Source: Nageia nagi
Taxonomy: Eukaryota; Plantae; Pinophyta
NCBI GenBank assembly: GCA_050084985.1
Contig: JBITNC010000001.1
Coordinates: 121,148,001-121,212,000, forward strand
Direction: 5' to 3'
Length of the DNA stretch: 64,000 bases
Below are positions 1 through 13,456 of the stretch, in pieces (the stretch's first letter is position 1; the number at the start of each line of letters is the position of its first letter). Both the position numbers and the translations under genes were made by a program. The notes below the pieces were generated by a model. The model saw only the letters and a list, made by a program, of their open reading frames with translations, made no database searches and was not told where the DNA came from.

Positions 1-431
1 GTGCCATATCCTTGAAAGCTCACGAGTTTTAGGAGAATTTCTTGCAAACTTTTCCAAAGTGTTTGAATTGTCCCAAATTGTTGCTAATCCATTGCTTTCA
101 TGTATAAATACTTCGTATTCTGAATTGCCTTTCTTTTATGATATCAAACTAGACTACTTGTTCAAAACATGTTCGTCCTTGTGATCCACTCTAAGTTTCT
201 TTGATTGTTTCGACAATCAGCTTTGCTTTACACTTCTCTTTGAAACGATTGGACTATAGTCATTTGTTTTCAAAGTTGGATGAATCGAACAAGACCTCTT
301 AATTGATCCAAAAGAAAGAAAGTTTAGACAATGCTAGTATAGTGATAATCATTTTGAAATCCGATCAGTATCTACCTCATTCTCACCCTTTTCTTTTCTT
401 TATTTTTACTTATTTTAAAATCCATAGCAAC

Positions 432-1516
432 TGTGATGATCCAAAAATTAAATTCCCCTTCAAACTAACAATGCAGGATCATCAAACCTTGATGTCAGGT
501 TTAGGGCATCAACATGCAACCATACAAACCCTCAATGCCAACATTAGGGTTAGAGTAACCAATAAGCATCACAACAAGATAATTATACCAATGCCTAGCA
601 CATACTTGCGAATGGCAATGAACAATACATCATATTGCCAACGTCTAGCTCATACATGCACAATGAAGCATAAACAATCTAACGCATGCACAAGTATGGA
701 ATACACAATACACAAATGAGATCCAATGCCCTCTAGCGTATATGAATGATAAGAATGACAATAATACAATACAAACCCTAATGGGCAATCGTTGGCCTCC
801 TAGGAGCCAACTAGGGCACAATGTTTGATCTCTCCAATACAGGATGAACTATGGAACGTGGGATAGATCTATCACCTCAGATCTTGAGTCCTCTCCATTG
901 ATGGAGCCCTCCTTGAACTCTGGCTAACTGACTGAACAGTAGAAGTAAACCGTCGGAATGCCACCGGGTGGGCAAAGGTGCTTCACCAATGCCGTAGATA
1001 ATCAAGATCCCAACGCTTGACTACCCTCTAGACGTTCTGCCTAGGAATGGTTGCTTAGCACCGCTAAGACTTGTGTCTAAAGGACTGTAGTAGAAGTGTA
1101 ATAATAATCAAGTGTGTCCAGTAATGAAGCTCCAATGTCTATTTATACATTATTATGTTTGGATCTCACCTATGAGTCATCCCAGACCCATCTAATCCAA
1201 CATTGGGCATTTGGGGGCCCAATCATTTAAAGTGCCAATGTGGGAGTCATGATTACTCATAATGCCAACGTGGGGGTCGTGTGCATAAATATACCTTAGG
1301 ATTCCCACAACCCGAGATCTTCAATACAATCAAATGCCTAATCTACTACTTAGGAGGGAGACGTCCCACTTGAGGCTCACAGTGGGGTCCATTGACCCAT
1401 TAAGTCTTCTATCCTAAGTTACAATTATAAAGTGTAAATACATGAATGAAGTATATTACAAAGAGGAACCTTTCTAACCCCACAATGAATTACAACTATT
1501 CAAAAGGGATATCACA
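432..1516 (-). mobile_element. Solo LTR (same family as 36069-37297 and 47176-50694)
   Basis: TGTGAT...ATCACA ends; TSD GCAAC/ACAAC (1 mismatch); reverse-complement similarity to 36069-37297. Confidence 0.85.
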
Positions 1517-2446
1517 ACAACTTTCGAACTATTGCAAGATAGACACTCAGTCCCTGAAAAAACATGTTAACAGTTACTACCTCTACTACACCACTCAGTT
1601 GATTCCCAAACAAGACCTACACAATTTAAAGCTTGTATTAATGACACAAGCTTTCTGATAGAAACCTTAGGGTATCAGTCCTTACAAGAGGAGTTCAGTA
1701 ACGAGTTCTAACCCATTGTTGGGTTGCTTTCCCGTCTTGATTGTCTCGTGGCGATCGTTGAGGAAGAGGAAAGATTTCCTTCCCAACACATTGCACTCGA
1801 TGCAATCGAAGAGGTCATGAAGTCAGTACCTGTTGTACGCCTTGGGAGAAGATCAAATAATATAGAGAAAAGCGTGAACAACATAGTGATCAGAGTAAGA
1901 ACTCACTTTGTTACAATAGAATGTAACGTTGGTCTCAACGATCTGCTGAACACTTCATACGCATCTTGGGAGGATGCGTGGTTTCTTGACACTGGAGCCA
2001 CCTGTCACATGAGATTCAGGCGAGACTTCTTTGAAGATTTGAATGAAAACATTGATGGTGCAGTTTACTTTGCAGATAGATCCAACATCAAACCATCTGG
2101 AATCGGAACTATTAGGCTCAAACTACTAGTTTATCTAGACTTTCTGTTGAATGATATGCTTTCTCTTCCTGAATTGCAACGAAATTTGCTATGTCTTGTT
2201 CTTGTTCATCAAAAAGGACATTCTATCCATATGTTTGACGGAAAGGTGGGGATTAGGAGGTCTTTCGACAACCAGATTGTTATACTTGGCCTAGAAGATG
2301 AAAAATTATTGAAGCTAAAGGGTACCTCTATTTGTTCGAAGAATTTTGCTTTTCTTGCTCATCAGGAAAAAGGTACACTTCCCTCTTGTCTCTTGTGGCA
2401 TGCTCGATTTGGGCACCTTAATTTTGACGACCTTTGTCTCTTAAAG

Positions 2447-3665
2447 TGTGATGATCCAAAATGGACCTCCATTCAAAAACACCTTTCCACAAGCTCCAAA
2501 CCCTAACATTTAGCCTCAGGTACTCACTATGCACAACAAAACCTCCAAATACCAATGTTAGGGTTAGGGTATTTCATAAACTCATTCACAATGCCAGAAT
2601 GCTGACTTCTAACCTCAAAAAGCAATATTCAACTAATTAAACATTACAACATCATCGTATGAGCAATACAAATATGATAGCCACAATCATCCCAACATAT
2701 GCACCAGAAAAGTAATAACAACACAATATAATATCTAAAAACCCTCAGAATGTCTATTGACAATATGGAGCAATACAAGTCATACAAACCCTGAAAAGCA
2801 TTTGTGGGCTTCTCAGGCTGAACATAATGATGACAATATGTAATATCTTCGGAACCATAGGATAGATCTATCCCCTTAGATCTCAAGTCCTCTCCATTGA
2901 ATGAGCTCTCCCCGATCTTTGGGCAACTGATTGAACGGTAGGAATAAACCCTTAGATACCACCAGATGGGCTATGGTGCTTCACCAAAGCCGTAGATAGT
3001 CAGGATCCCAACGCCTAGCTACCCTCTTAGGTGCTCCACCTAAGGAATACAATTAGCGCTCCGCTAATGTCTTGTCCACTGGACGAAGTAGGAGAATAAA
3101 TGTAATATAATGAGCCTTCGGTGTCTATTTATACATTTGCTTTGTTCGGATCCCACCTAGGAATCATATCTCTAACCGCAAGTCCAACATTAGCCTAGGG
3201 ATGCCAATAATTACAAGATCCAACGGCTAAGTATGCAACGCTTCATTATTAGAGACTAATATTGCATTTACAATTATAATTGCCTTGGAATCATGTATTA
3301 CAAATCATACAAGTGGCCCCATCAAGTATACTAAATCTAATATAAATTACCAAGCTCACACCTAAATATAGTAAGTAATCAACTTCTATACCAAGGAGTG
3401 GGAAGTCACATCTCAAGGAGTCAATATGAAGATGTTTCTGGATTTCCGTGGGTGGCCACGATATGGAAGACTGGTCCAACTAGCGAACTTCAAGAGACCA
3501 TAACTCCTTCATTTCTTGATGAAACCCTGTCGTGTAACCTATCAAAACATTTCCCACGAGATGCCCTATCCAAAGAATAAATCAAATCAACTCTCCAAGA
3601 CCTATGGCGAACTCTATCCTTACAAATAGGTGAATGAACATAATATTTGCAAAATGGGCATCACA
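2447..3665 (-). mobile_element. Solo LTR (related subfamily)
   Basis: TGTGATG...CATCACA; perfect TSD TAAAG; splits the copia GAG-pre-integrase region. Confidence 0.9.
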
Positions 3666-4694
3666 TAAAGCAACGTGGTTTTTCCGGTCTGCCTACAATT
3701 CTTCCAAATTTTGAACCTTGTGAAGCATGTATTTTAGGCAAACATCGCTAGCAACCCTTTTTAGATTCCCAATGGAGAGCTAGTAGGAAATTAGAACTCA
3801 TTCACTCTAATCTTTGTGGTCCATTTCCCATCTCTTATGTAGTCCGTAATCACTACCTTATGACCTTCATTGATGATTATTCTCGGATGTGTTGGGTCTA
3901 TTTGTTGAAACACCTTTGATGCCTTTTCCAAGTTTAAGGAGTTTCATGCCAGTGTAGAGAATGAAGCCCATGCTCGTCTCTGCTTTGATAAAGGGGGGGA
4001 ATATACTTATGTTGAGTTCACTTCATACCTACACCAACATGGGATCAAACATCATACCATTGTCCCTTATAATCCTTAACAAAATGGTGTTGCAGAATGA
4101 ATGAATAGGACACTTTTGAATACGGCTCATTTCTATGTTATTTTTCAAAAATGTGAAATTAATATTTTGGGATGATGCAGTCCAATGTGCTATCTACCTG
4201 AGAAACAAATGTCTTTCTCAAGCTCTCAAGAACAAGATTCCATTTGAAATGTGGTTTGGTCGTGTTCCTTTCATGTGACATCTCAAGATTTTTGGTTCCA
4301 CCTATTATGCGCTCATTCCTGAGGAACAACGACACAAGCTAGCAGCTCAGAGTCGCAAATGTATCTTCTTGGGCTACTCAGACACCACCAAGGGATACAA
4401 GCTTTACGACGAGTTAAACAAGAAGTTTCTCTTTGCTAGAGATTATTTTTCTTGAATGCTCCAAATGTGACGATGCTGTAGGGCGGTAATTTGATCACCT
4501 TGATTGGTTTACCTGTGGGAAGCCTTGTATTAAAGCAGATTATGAGATTCCAAACCTTGAGGGGGGGATACCAATATTGGATCATAGTTTGGAATCTACA
4601 CCACTTGTTCTAGAAGAACAAACACCTCCTTCAGCAGTTTCTTCTAGTTCTTCAATGCTTGCATCAATGAGCTAGCTAGATGATGTGATTGAAG

Positions 4695-5521
4695 CAATGT
4701 TATCAGGGGACATGTCCCCCCCCTTTTTTTTTCCGTTTCCCCGTCCCTCACATCCTCGAGACTTGGGGACACCTCAAGGGATGTTTCCTTGCCGTCCCCT
4801 TTTTAGGGCGTACGGAGGGGACGCCCTCGGGACAATTTCCCAGGCCTTGGGGACATTTCTTTTTAAAATTTTGCAAAGGGGACGGCCAGGGGACATCCCC
4901 CCCTCTTACACACTAAAAACAAAAAAAAATCTTTTTTTTTTTTTTTAATTTTTTTTCATAAACCTTAGGGGGGTCGGTCCCACAAGAGTCTCCACCCCTC
5001 CAACCCTTAAAACATGCCTTTATATTCACATTGCATCATTTTGTTATTTACAATTATTTGTCATTTTTGACTTATTTGACAGATTCATGTCAAAGACTAT
5101 GTTTATGGGCCTTAGCATATTCAAACTTAATGGCATTATGATTATTGACTATGATTATTAGACTATATTTATGGCTCATTTTGATTTATCATTTATGATT
5201 CAGATTTTTGATTTTCATTTTATAATCATGTTACATGTTAGTATGTTAGTAGTTACAGATTTTCATTTTCAAAGTATGTTACATATTTAAATTGGTCCAT
5301 GGATGAATCATGAATGCTAATGATGCATGAAACATTGAAACTTTATCTAATATCTACTTTTCTTAAATTTGAAAATTTTGGGGATTTTTTTAGTATATAT
5401 ATATATATATACCTGTCATCCCCCTCGCATTTCCTAAAATCAAGTCGCCATCCCCTACCGTCCCTGGGGACTTGTTCCCTCGTTTCCTTGTCCCCCCTTC
5501 CCCCAGTCTATGACAACCTTG
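4695..5521. mobile_element. Non-autonomous hAT-type DNA transposon
   Basis: 8-bp TSD GATTGAAG (4687-4694 and 5522-5529); TIRs CAATGTTATCA / TGACAACCTTG; subterminal GGGGAC/GTCCCC motifs. Confidence 0.88.
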
Positions 5522-8452
5522 GATTGAAGGGATTGGGCAGTTGAGTCTTGCTAGTGATGAACCAAGACCGTCATAGAAGATTCCAAAATAGACATCGAAA
5601 ACACTTGAAAATGTTCATCCTAATGAACTCGGGAAAACAGGAACTCGGAGTTCTTATCGAGCACGAGTAGAAAATGGAGCAGTAGAAGGTTAGTTTTAGT
5701 TTCAGTTGATGTTTTTTTAGATGATGGTGAGGACTATTCTTTTGACATGGAACTGAATTTTTCTGTTGCTTTTGAGCCAACTTCCTTTAAGGAGGCTATT
5801 TCCCATGATGTTTGGAAAGAAGCCATGAGGAAGGAGTATGATGCTCTCATCAAGACTGGGATTTGGAAGTTGGTTGATCCTTCTTATGGAACCAAACCAA
5901 TAGATTGCAAGTGGGTCTACTGAAACAAGCACAAATCAGACGACTCTCTTGACAAACACAAAGCGACGCTAGCTGCTAAGGGCTATGCATAGAAAGAAGG
6001 CATTGATTATGATGATATATTTGCTCCTACAGCCAAATTGGCAACCATTCGTTCTTTTTTGGCCATGTCAGTTCAACATAGATGGAAAGTACATCAGATG
6101 GATGTAAAAGAAACATTTCTGAATGGTGATTTGAAGGAAAATGTGTACATGACTCAACTTGAAGGATTTGCAATGAAGGGACATGAACATAAGGTGTGTA
6201 AAATCATCAAATCTTTGTATGGTTTAAAGCAAGCACCTCACACATGGTATGAAAAACTTATTGAAATTTTTTTGAAGATTAATTTCCAACCCTTTAATCT
6301 TGATGATGCAACTTTATTTGTCAAGAAAGTTGGCAAAACAGGTGTATATCTTGTGGTGTATGTAGATGATCTTTTGATAGCAAGGAACAATGAAGGATTC
6401 ATTGCATTCGTGAAACAAGATTTGAAATGATTGATATAGGGCATCTTCATTATTACTTGGGTGTTGATCTAACTCAAGCATCACAACACATTTATTTCCC
6501 AAAAGAAGTATGTTGGAGAATTGTTAAGTAAGTTTGTCATGACTGATTGTAAGCCACTTTCTACTCTAGTGGAACAAAATCTGAAGTTGACATCAATTGA
6601 AGGGAATCAATTCGAAGATGCTGCAAAATATAGGCAGCTAGTTGGAAGTCTCATTTATCTAACCACTACCAGACCCGATATTTCATTTGTGGTTGGTATT
6701 CTATCTTGGTTTATGCACAAACCATGTGAAGGCCATTGGATAGCAGCGAAGAGAGTTGTTCGATATTTGGAGGGGACTCAAGATTTTGGTCTCAAATACT
6801 CCAAGGTACGAGACTTCAAGTTGATTGGATACACTGATTCAAACTTTGATGGTGATAAGGAAAATGGAGTTTCTACTTCAAGTTATCTTATGAGTCTTGG
6901 ATCAACAGTTGTTTCCTGGAGATCACGAAAACAATCATACTCGTGAATTCTACAACTGAGGTAGTGTATGTGGCTGTTGTAGAGGCAACAAAGGAGATTG
7001 TGTGGCTCAGGAAAATCCTTGAAGATTTGTAGGAGGTACAAGTGCTTCCCACTCCGCTTCTGATTGATAATACTTCTGCGATAAAATTGGCTAAGAATCT
7101 ATAGTTTCATGATCAAACTAAGCACATCAACACGAAGTATCATTTGATTCGACATCATGTAGAGGTGAAGACAATTCGGTTGAAACATTGTTCCACTGAA
7201 GAACAAACTGCAAACATCTTCACCAAAGCGCTTGGAATCGAGAAGTTTGAGAAGTTCAGACAAATTCTCGGACTTCAACCTACCCCTTCAGATTAAGGGG
7301 AGAATGCTAAGTTATAATCCTCATGGGTTATTAATTTAACATTTATATTATAATAAGTCACATATTTACGTGTGGCATTAGGAAGTTAAATTAGTTACAT
7401 AGTTATTCAACTACATAATAGTTATACAACTATAATGTTCAATTATATATTGTACACCGTTCTGATTCAATAATCAATCATGGAGTTTACCGATCGCCTT
7501 TCAGTTACAAGTTACATGCTTACAAATACTTTCATATAGGATATGTCTATGATAATGAAATATGATTTGAATTTCACATGTTTGATAATTTGATTACATT
7601 TGCATTTTGATTTTAATGATTAATTAAAATTCCATAAGAATATTTGAAAATTAAAAAATTCAATACTTTTTATATATATTTATAATTTTATTATATTTTA
7701 ATATTGTTGTACCCACTGTACCCAAAATTGGACCCAAGCCGTATCAATCCTGCGAACATGTCCTGCCTACCCCGCCATTCCTATCCCGAAAACTTCGTGG
7801 AACGTAGCTTGTAGCTAGCAGCAACTTTCTTTTAGTTAGATATCTGCAATTTTATAGGAAGATTATCTAAGCTTCAGGAGCTATGTCCATACCTTAATTT
7901 AAAGCTAAGGCAAATGTAACTACATGTTCTACATGTTTTATGCTTCAATGGTTTCATTTACGTACCTGCCATGTTATTCCTTTTATGGTGCCATTGCAGT
8001 CGCTCTTTCCTTCTTTTAATGGTTTGCAGATATTTACTGTCACATGTATTTGTTTTACTGCAAAATTTGATTTAAAATAGCTGTTAAGTAGTCCTTTTGA
8101 GCTCAGTGTATTGTCACCATCATCTTCTTGTTCCTAGTTCTGTTCCTTTGTCTCAACCAAAAAGTTGTAATTTAGTTAGAGGATCCTCCCTTCTCTGGAG
8201 GTCTTTTTGGGTGAAACCTAAGGATTTCATTTTTCAACTATATTGTGATTATGGTGTGCCCTAATCATTAGGATAATCATCAAGGAAAAACAAGAAATAG
8301 AAACGAAAATGTATTAGCCGCATATTTCATGGTTTCTGTCTTTTTTTGGGTTAGCCTCTATGTTTTTAAAAACTTTTATATATCATTAATACTATTTGTT
8401 AACAATGTAATATGAAGAATGTTAATGCTTTTCCTTTCTTTATTCCAAACAG

Positions 8453-8502
8453 CAACTTATGATGGGGATCGTTTTTTCACACAATCTGAAGGCGCCTGGA
8501 AA
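8453..8502 (+). CDS. TERC: TerC-family thylakoid membrane protein, internal exon (upstream exons lie outside the window)
   Basis: AG/GT-bounded 50-nt exon encoding TYDGDRFFTQSEGAWK, matching the YDGxxFF motif of TerC/Alx proteins; phase compatible with the next exon. Confidence 0.92.
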
Positions 8503-8734
8503 GTATGGTTTCTCTTTAGCTTCCAATATCTTGTCAGTAGAATATTTTTTTGCAACTAGTTTATTGAATGACTGTGACCTAGTTGTTACCAGAGTTCACG
8601 GTGCTTTAGCTTCAAGCACTTTTGCATGGTGATCACCAATATTTCATAAACTGATAAAAGCATTCCAGTATTAAATGCATTTCAATCTCCTTCCAGTGAA
8701 TCTTCATGAGAGCGATTTAATTTTCTTTAAGCAG

Positions 8735-8791
8735 GCGACACCTTTGCTGTTGACAGTGGCTGTGGTGGAGTTGAGTGATATTGCATTTGCT
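8735..8791 (+). CDS. TERC: TerC exon
   Basis: CAG|...|GTAAG, 57 nt, ATPLLLTVAVVELSDIAFA. Confidence 0.95.
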
Positions 8792-8939
8792 GTAAGCTTT
8801 GATTGTCTTGGTCTCCTGTTTTTTAATAGTTGAACAGGCACAGAAACTGGATTGCTTAAATTAGTTTATATCTTTCAACAATCAGAGCTGTTCAGCTCTA
8901 ATGTGGATCCGACATTGAAAGAATGTATGTGCATACCAG

Positions 8940-9018
8940 GTTGATTCAATACCAGCAGTTTTTGGTGTTACAAGGGACCCATTCACAGTTTTCTCGTCAA
9001 ATATGTTTGCAATTCTTG
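8940..9018 (+). CDS. TERC: TerC exon
   Basis: CAG|...|GTAAT, 79 nt, [26 protein letters not shown](G), the hallmark DSIPA...SNxFAILG motif. Confidence 0.96.
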
Positions 9019-9715
9019 GTAATCCACTATCTAAGTATGCCCCATTTTAAAAATGTACAGTCAATGAGTATCATTCTTGTATTTTCCTGATTTTGTTTCA
9101 ATGTAAGTATTGAATACAATTTATGTTCTTATTTTGAATCTTGACATTTGAGTTATATAATGAACAGTGCAACAAAGTTCAGGAGAATCCAGCGACAAGA
9201 TCATTTATAACTTGGAAGCAACCTACTTTACACTAGAATCACAACCTGGTAGAAAGGAGCAAAATAAATCAAAACAAAATCACATTCAATGTATTGGTAA
9301 ATTTCAAGCCACAAAAGGAGGAGGGGGGCTTATCAGAAGCCCTGTGATATGTTCTTATTCATTAAAAGATCTTTTTTTTTTGGAAAAGAAAAAAGATGGT
9401 TTTAATATTGTATGTGAAAATAGGTCAGTGGAACTCATACAGCAAGTTAGAATAGCTGATCAATAGTGCTAAACTCCAACAATCAGATTCAATATAAGAA
9501 TAGATCGAATTATAGGAATCACAAGAACAGAATAAGCATAGTGTCGAGCTCTGAAGGGAAAGCCGGTGAGTGTTTAGCCAAGTCAATCAGGACAATTACT
9601 CACCAAAATGCTCGTGTAGTTTGTAATATTCCAAAATATTACTGAGTATTTTTGGTGAGTTCTTCTAAAACGTGTTAGTCAGCGAGTTTCTCTTTGCTAA
9701 GTATTGGTTGCATTT

Positions 9716-10854
9716 TGTGATGTTCCCAAATCGAGAACTCTAGAAATAGCTCAAACAATTACTGAATAAAATCTCTAAATATTCCATAAATTCCGAATTA
9801 CTCAAATATGCCCAAATCATGCTCCATAAATTATTCTTATCACTCCAATAGGGCATAGAAATAACATCAATAAGGCATGCATCTGGCTTCTAGGTGTGAG
9901 ATCTCAAGCATTAATCAAATTAACTCAAATAACATCACATCCATGCATGTGTCCAATACCAAACAATGGATTTCAATTATACACAACAATAGATGACATA
10001 AAAATATATGTTGAATACCAAATGATCAAATGAGCCAAGAGAAATGTGTTACAAGCCTCAGAATTGCTAGATTTGTGCCCTAAGGTAAGACATGTCAACC
10101 AGGGAAACTGGATCTCACTTCAGGAACCCTCAAATGTACTCTAACTAGCCCTAGAAACTAAACATCAAGAGTAGGAAGCCCCCCTCAATAGAGCAGAAGG
10201 TGTACACAAGCTTATCAATGGTGGATCTCAACAATTGAAGTTAGATCCTTGATGGATCTTAGAAACAACAATAGTTAGAGTGAATCCTTGATGGATTCTA
10301 AGACTCCTCAGCAGTGATGGCAATCTTCGGGAAACCCTAAGGAATGTCGGGCCCTAGGTAGCAATCAAATGACCTTTGAGGAGTGCTAGGCCTTTCAAAG
10401 TAGCAGTCAGTTAAGGCTTGAGGAATGCTATACCTCAAGTACCTCCCTTGCATGCACAAGAGGAATGGAGAGAACTCACACCCACAAAATATCAATAATC
10501 AAGCATATCCTTCAAATGAGACTCTAATTTCTTATTGGGATTACAAAATTATTATTTACTCCCAAGAGGAGGTGTCTAGCCTATTTTAGACTCCTAGCTA
10601 ACTTAGAAATTATTGCTAGATCCTAGAAGAGGGACGTCCAACCTTAAATGCTCAATTAACACATTTGCAACCAAGATGAACGCTCATTCACATTGGGAAG
10701 CCATAGAATGACGTAATTACTTTTAATTGCATAAAAGAACTTAAAATCACAAAGAATGCCTCCTAGAGCTCCTAGAGGTGTATCCCACCTCATGAGGAAG
10801 AATAGCTGAGAGTGAAGCGCTCATGAAAGGGACCTTGAAAAATGAAACATTACA
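9716..10854. mobile_element. Solo LTR
   Basis: TGTGATGTTCC...GAAACATTACA; perfect TSD CATTT. Confidence 0.85.
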
Positions 10855-10924
10855 CATTTGAATCTATAAATTATGGTATCGAGACTTTGCATGTCTTAGT
10901 GAGACTATCAATTTCTGAGCCAAG

Positions 10925-12414
10925 TGATGAGTAAAATAATGGTATTCCAAATTCCACCAGGGCTGTCACTACCCTTCCCCTAGTGATCCTTTCACCTGTT
11001 ATCGTGAAAGGACCAGTTAGCTCGTAGAGCTGGTACTCCAACACTTAGGGCAGATTTAGTTTCCTCTCACTAGTTTTGGAAGACAATATGTGACTCTTTC
11101 ATTTAGTTAATCAATCCGGGCGGTGTTCAAGGCTATATGCTATTGAACTCTATTCTCTCAGCTGTATCTACTTCAAGTAAACATTGCAAAAAGCAAATTT
11201 GCAGAATGGAAAGTTGCAAAATTGAAAGTATAGGAATCTTAAATGCTGAAAGAAATATACACTTGAAATCATCACATTGAATGTAAACTCACACCTGAAT
11301 TAAAAGAACAGTAAAATAAAAGAGTCTTCTACCATTTGGAGTGGGCCCTTGCTCCTCTTGGTGGAAGACTTAGAAGAACTCAGAACTGGAAACTCTTAAC
11401 ATATCACTCTATTATTGTATGCAATTTGTCTTGCACAGAATGTGCTTGACAAATCTAATACAAAGTTTTATTCTCAACAGTCTACACACAATACTTCCTT
11501 AATCTTCTAACCCTCCCTATCGTCAACAATTGAGGTATAAATACCCTCAGTTGTTTAACAATAGGCTGGCCAAGAATAACAATAATCTGAACAATATTCT
11601 GTTATAGAAAATAGAATCACTTATTCTACCAACTAGCTAATGCTAAAATTAACATGCTAACAGTGCTCATGTCTTATCTAAGGAGAGCTGCAATCCCTTT
11701 AAAAAAGGGTGGCTCATCTCAACAAGTCAGCACTATCCTATTTACATCATAAGTAGTTTATTATGCCTAATTTGGAGTCAAACATACTCTATAAAACAAG
11801 AATCATATCTGACTATATATCTAATGTGTTGGAGCCATGCTCCTATAGACTATATTTGGAGTAGCTCACATCACGTAAATATCTGGATCATACAAGGCTG
11901 GAATAGAGCTGGCAATATAGTCAATAATGACGGTCAATTTCTCAAATTTGGGTCTGGAGCGGAAGCTCCGGACGAGTTTGGAGCGGGAGCTCCGGATGAG
12001 TCTGAAATAGAAGCTCCGAACGAGTCTGAAATAGAAGCTTCGGACGAGTTTGGAACAAAAGCTCCAGACAATATAACTCTGCTTTACCAAATGAAGCGTC
12101 CAATTGGTCCGAAGCGGAGTCCAGGACAATGTATACAAGTGAGAATCCATTCAGAATACTTCCTAACAATACTTGCAACTCATTCGAGTTATCAACCATC
12201 ATTCCATGGAGCAAAGAGAAGCATTTTGGTTCAAACAAACACACAAAATAGAATCAATATGCACAAAATACTAATATAAGGAAAGTATGCATTTAACCAT
12301 ATATTAAACAACTAAATAGTCCAACAGTTACAATTAATCCGTCCCATAATGTCCAAATATACAAAATGAACCATCGAATTGTGCCAAAAACTAGGTAATT
12401 ACTGAGACTCATCA
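10925..12414 (-). repeat. 3' LTR of the Athila-like element
   Basis: Direct repeat of 31242-32675; adjacent PPT. Confidence 0.95.
11956..12069. repeat. 24-bp minisatellite in the LTR (5 units; 3 units at 32264-32329)
   Basis: Units such as GGAGCGGAAGCTCCGGACGAGTTT and GAAATAGAAGCTCCGAACGAGTCT. Confidence 0.88.
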
Positions 12415-12581
12415 CTCCCCCCAGCTTAAGACATTGCTACTCCTGGAGCAATAAAGGAAAAAGATAGCTTCAATTAGAATCACTGGAACTGTCAACAACA
12501 GTAACAACTGGTGGAGCATGAACTAGATGAGCCAAATCATAAGGTCTGGTAGCGAGCTACAGTCTTTGTCAAGTCCGAATG

Positions 12582-12773
12582 TCAATTGTGCCCCTGAAGA
12601 TTGACAGAGTTTTCTTTTAATTCGGCTACAAACTGCCACACTAGCCAGAGCTCATAGCCGTGAAACTTGTTGAAAAATTGGAGCCATTGGGCGGTGGCAA
12701 ATATTTCTGACACCTTGGGATCCTTCCGAAGCTCTTCCGTCGAGCTGGGTTCTTCTCGGTGCTTTTGACCCAT
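12582..12773 (-). pseudogene. Truncated extra ORF downstream of integrase (Athila extra-ORF position)
   Basis: MGQKHREEP...WLQFFNKFHGYELWLVWQFV in element sense between pol and the PPT; family similarity from memory only. Confidence 0.4.
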
Positions 12774-12908
12774 TTCATTGACAACCAATGGTCTGCAAGT
12801 TTTTGCTGAATTTCGAGTGTGGCAAGGTGGCGAACAACACTTATGGCACATATGTTACTTGGACATACAGATTCGAATAATTTATAACAGTTAAACTACT
12901 AATTACCA

Positions 12909-13392
12909 GACGAGCCACCCCTTAGAGCGTGGCTACCGATGGCAACGCCCGACACCGACATAGACTACACGGTTCACAAGCTTGAGTACCGGACTTATGG
13001 GAATCACCCCGGCCAGGCATAACCACTCACAGCCCATCCCGCACGTCTAGCCGGCTCCGCCGTATCCGTCAAGTCCGTAGTTGCATACTGCTAGAGGCCT
13101 CGTGCCTCTAGAGCTGGTCCGACCCCTTGGAGCATCGGACCGGTTTGTCATAGTTACCAGAGTGCCTGGTGCTCACCGCCCAACCAACGACCTTCAAACG
13201 GGTATCACCCCTAAGGTCCCCCTGAGCTTTATTCGCCCATCCATGTCGCCCAGTCCAACCATAGGAACGGCCTCTCAACCTTGTCCGCCATGGTTCCTAA
13301 AGCACGACAGTTTGGGCCCGGAATGGATCCCCGTGTACTAGAGGTTACGCTCTACGTACACTCACCACCCCGGGAGAGGCGGCCCTCTCACA
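12909..13392 (-). repeat. LTR of the left arm
   Basis: Reverse complement of 23807-24290; PPT at 13393-13405. Confidence 0.8.
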
Positions 13393-13456
13393 TTCTCCCC
13401 CACTTAAAGGTGTTGACGACCTCGTCAACAATGCACACCGAGGGGAGGAATTGGTG

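Larger units (their letters stand above)
1..7500 (+). mobile_element. Degenerate Ty1/copia element A (5' part outside the window; 3' LTR starts 7305, right end approximate)
   Basis: Protease WFLDTGATCHM, GAG-pre-integrase LWHARFGHLN, integrase remnants, RT QMDVK/SLYGLKQ/YVDDL, RNase H; PPT AAGGGGAGAA then TG at 7305; interrupted by three insertions. Confidence 0.9.

Noticed and set aside
9019-9030. U12-type donor for the giant intron
   Set aside because: GTAATCC does not match the GTATCCT consensus
11956-12069. CRISPR-like repeat array (also 47450-47670 and 61362-61562)
   Set aside because: Contiguous degenerate units without unique spacers, in a eukaryotic TE context
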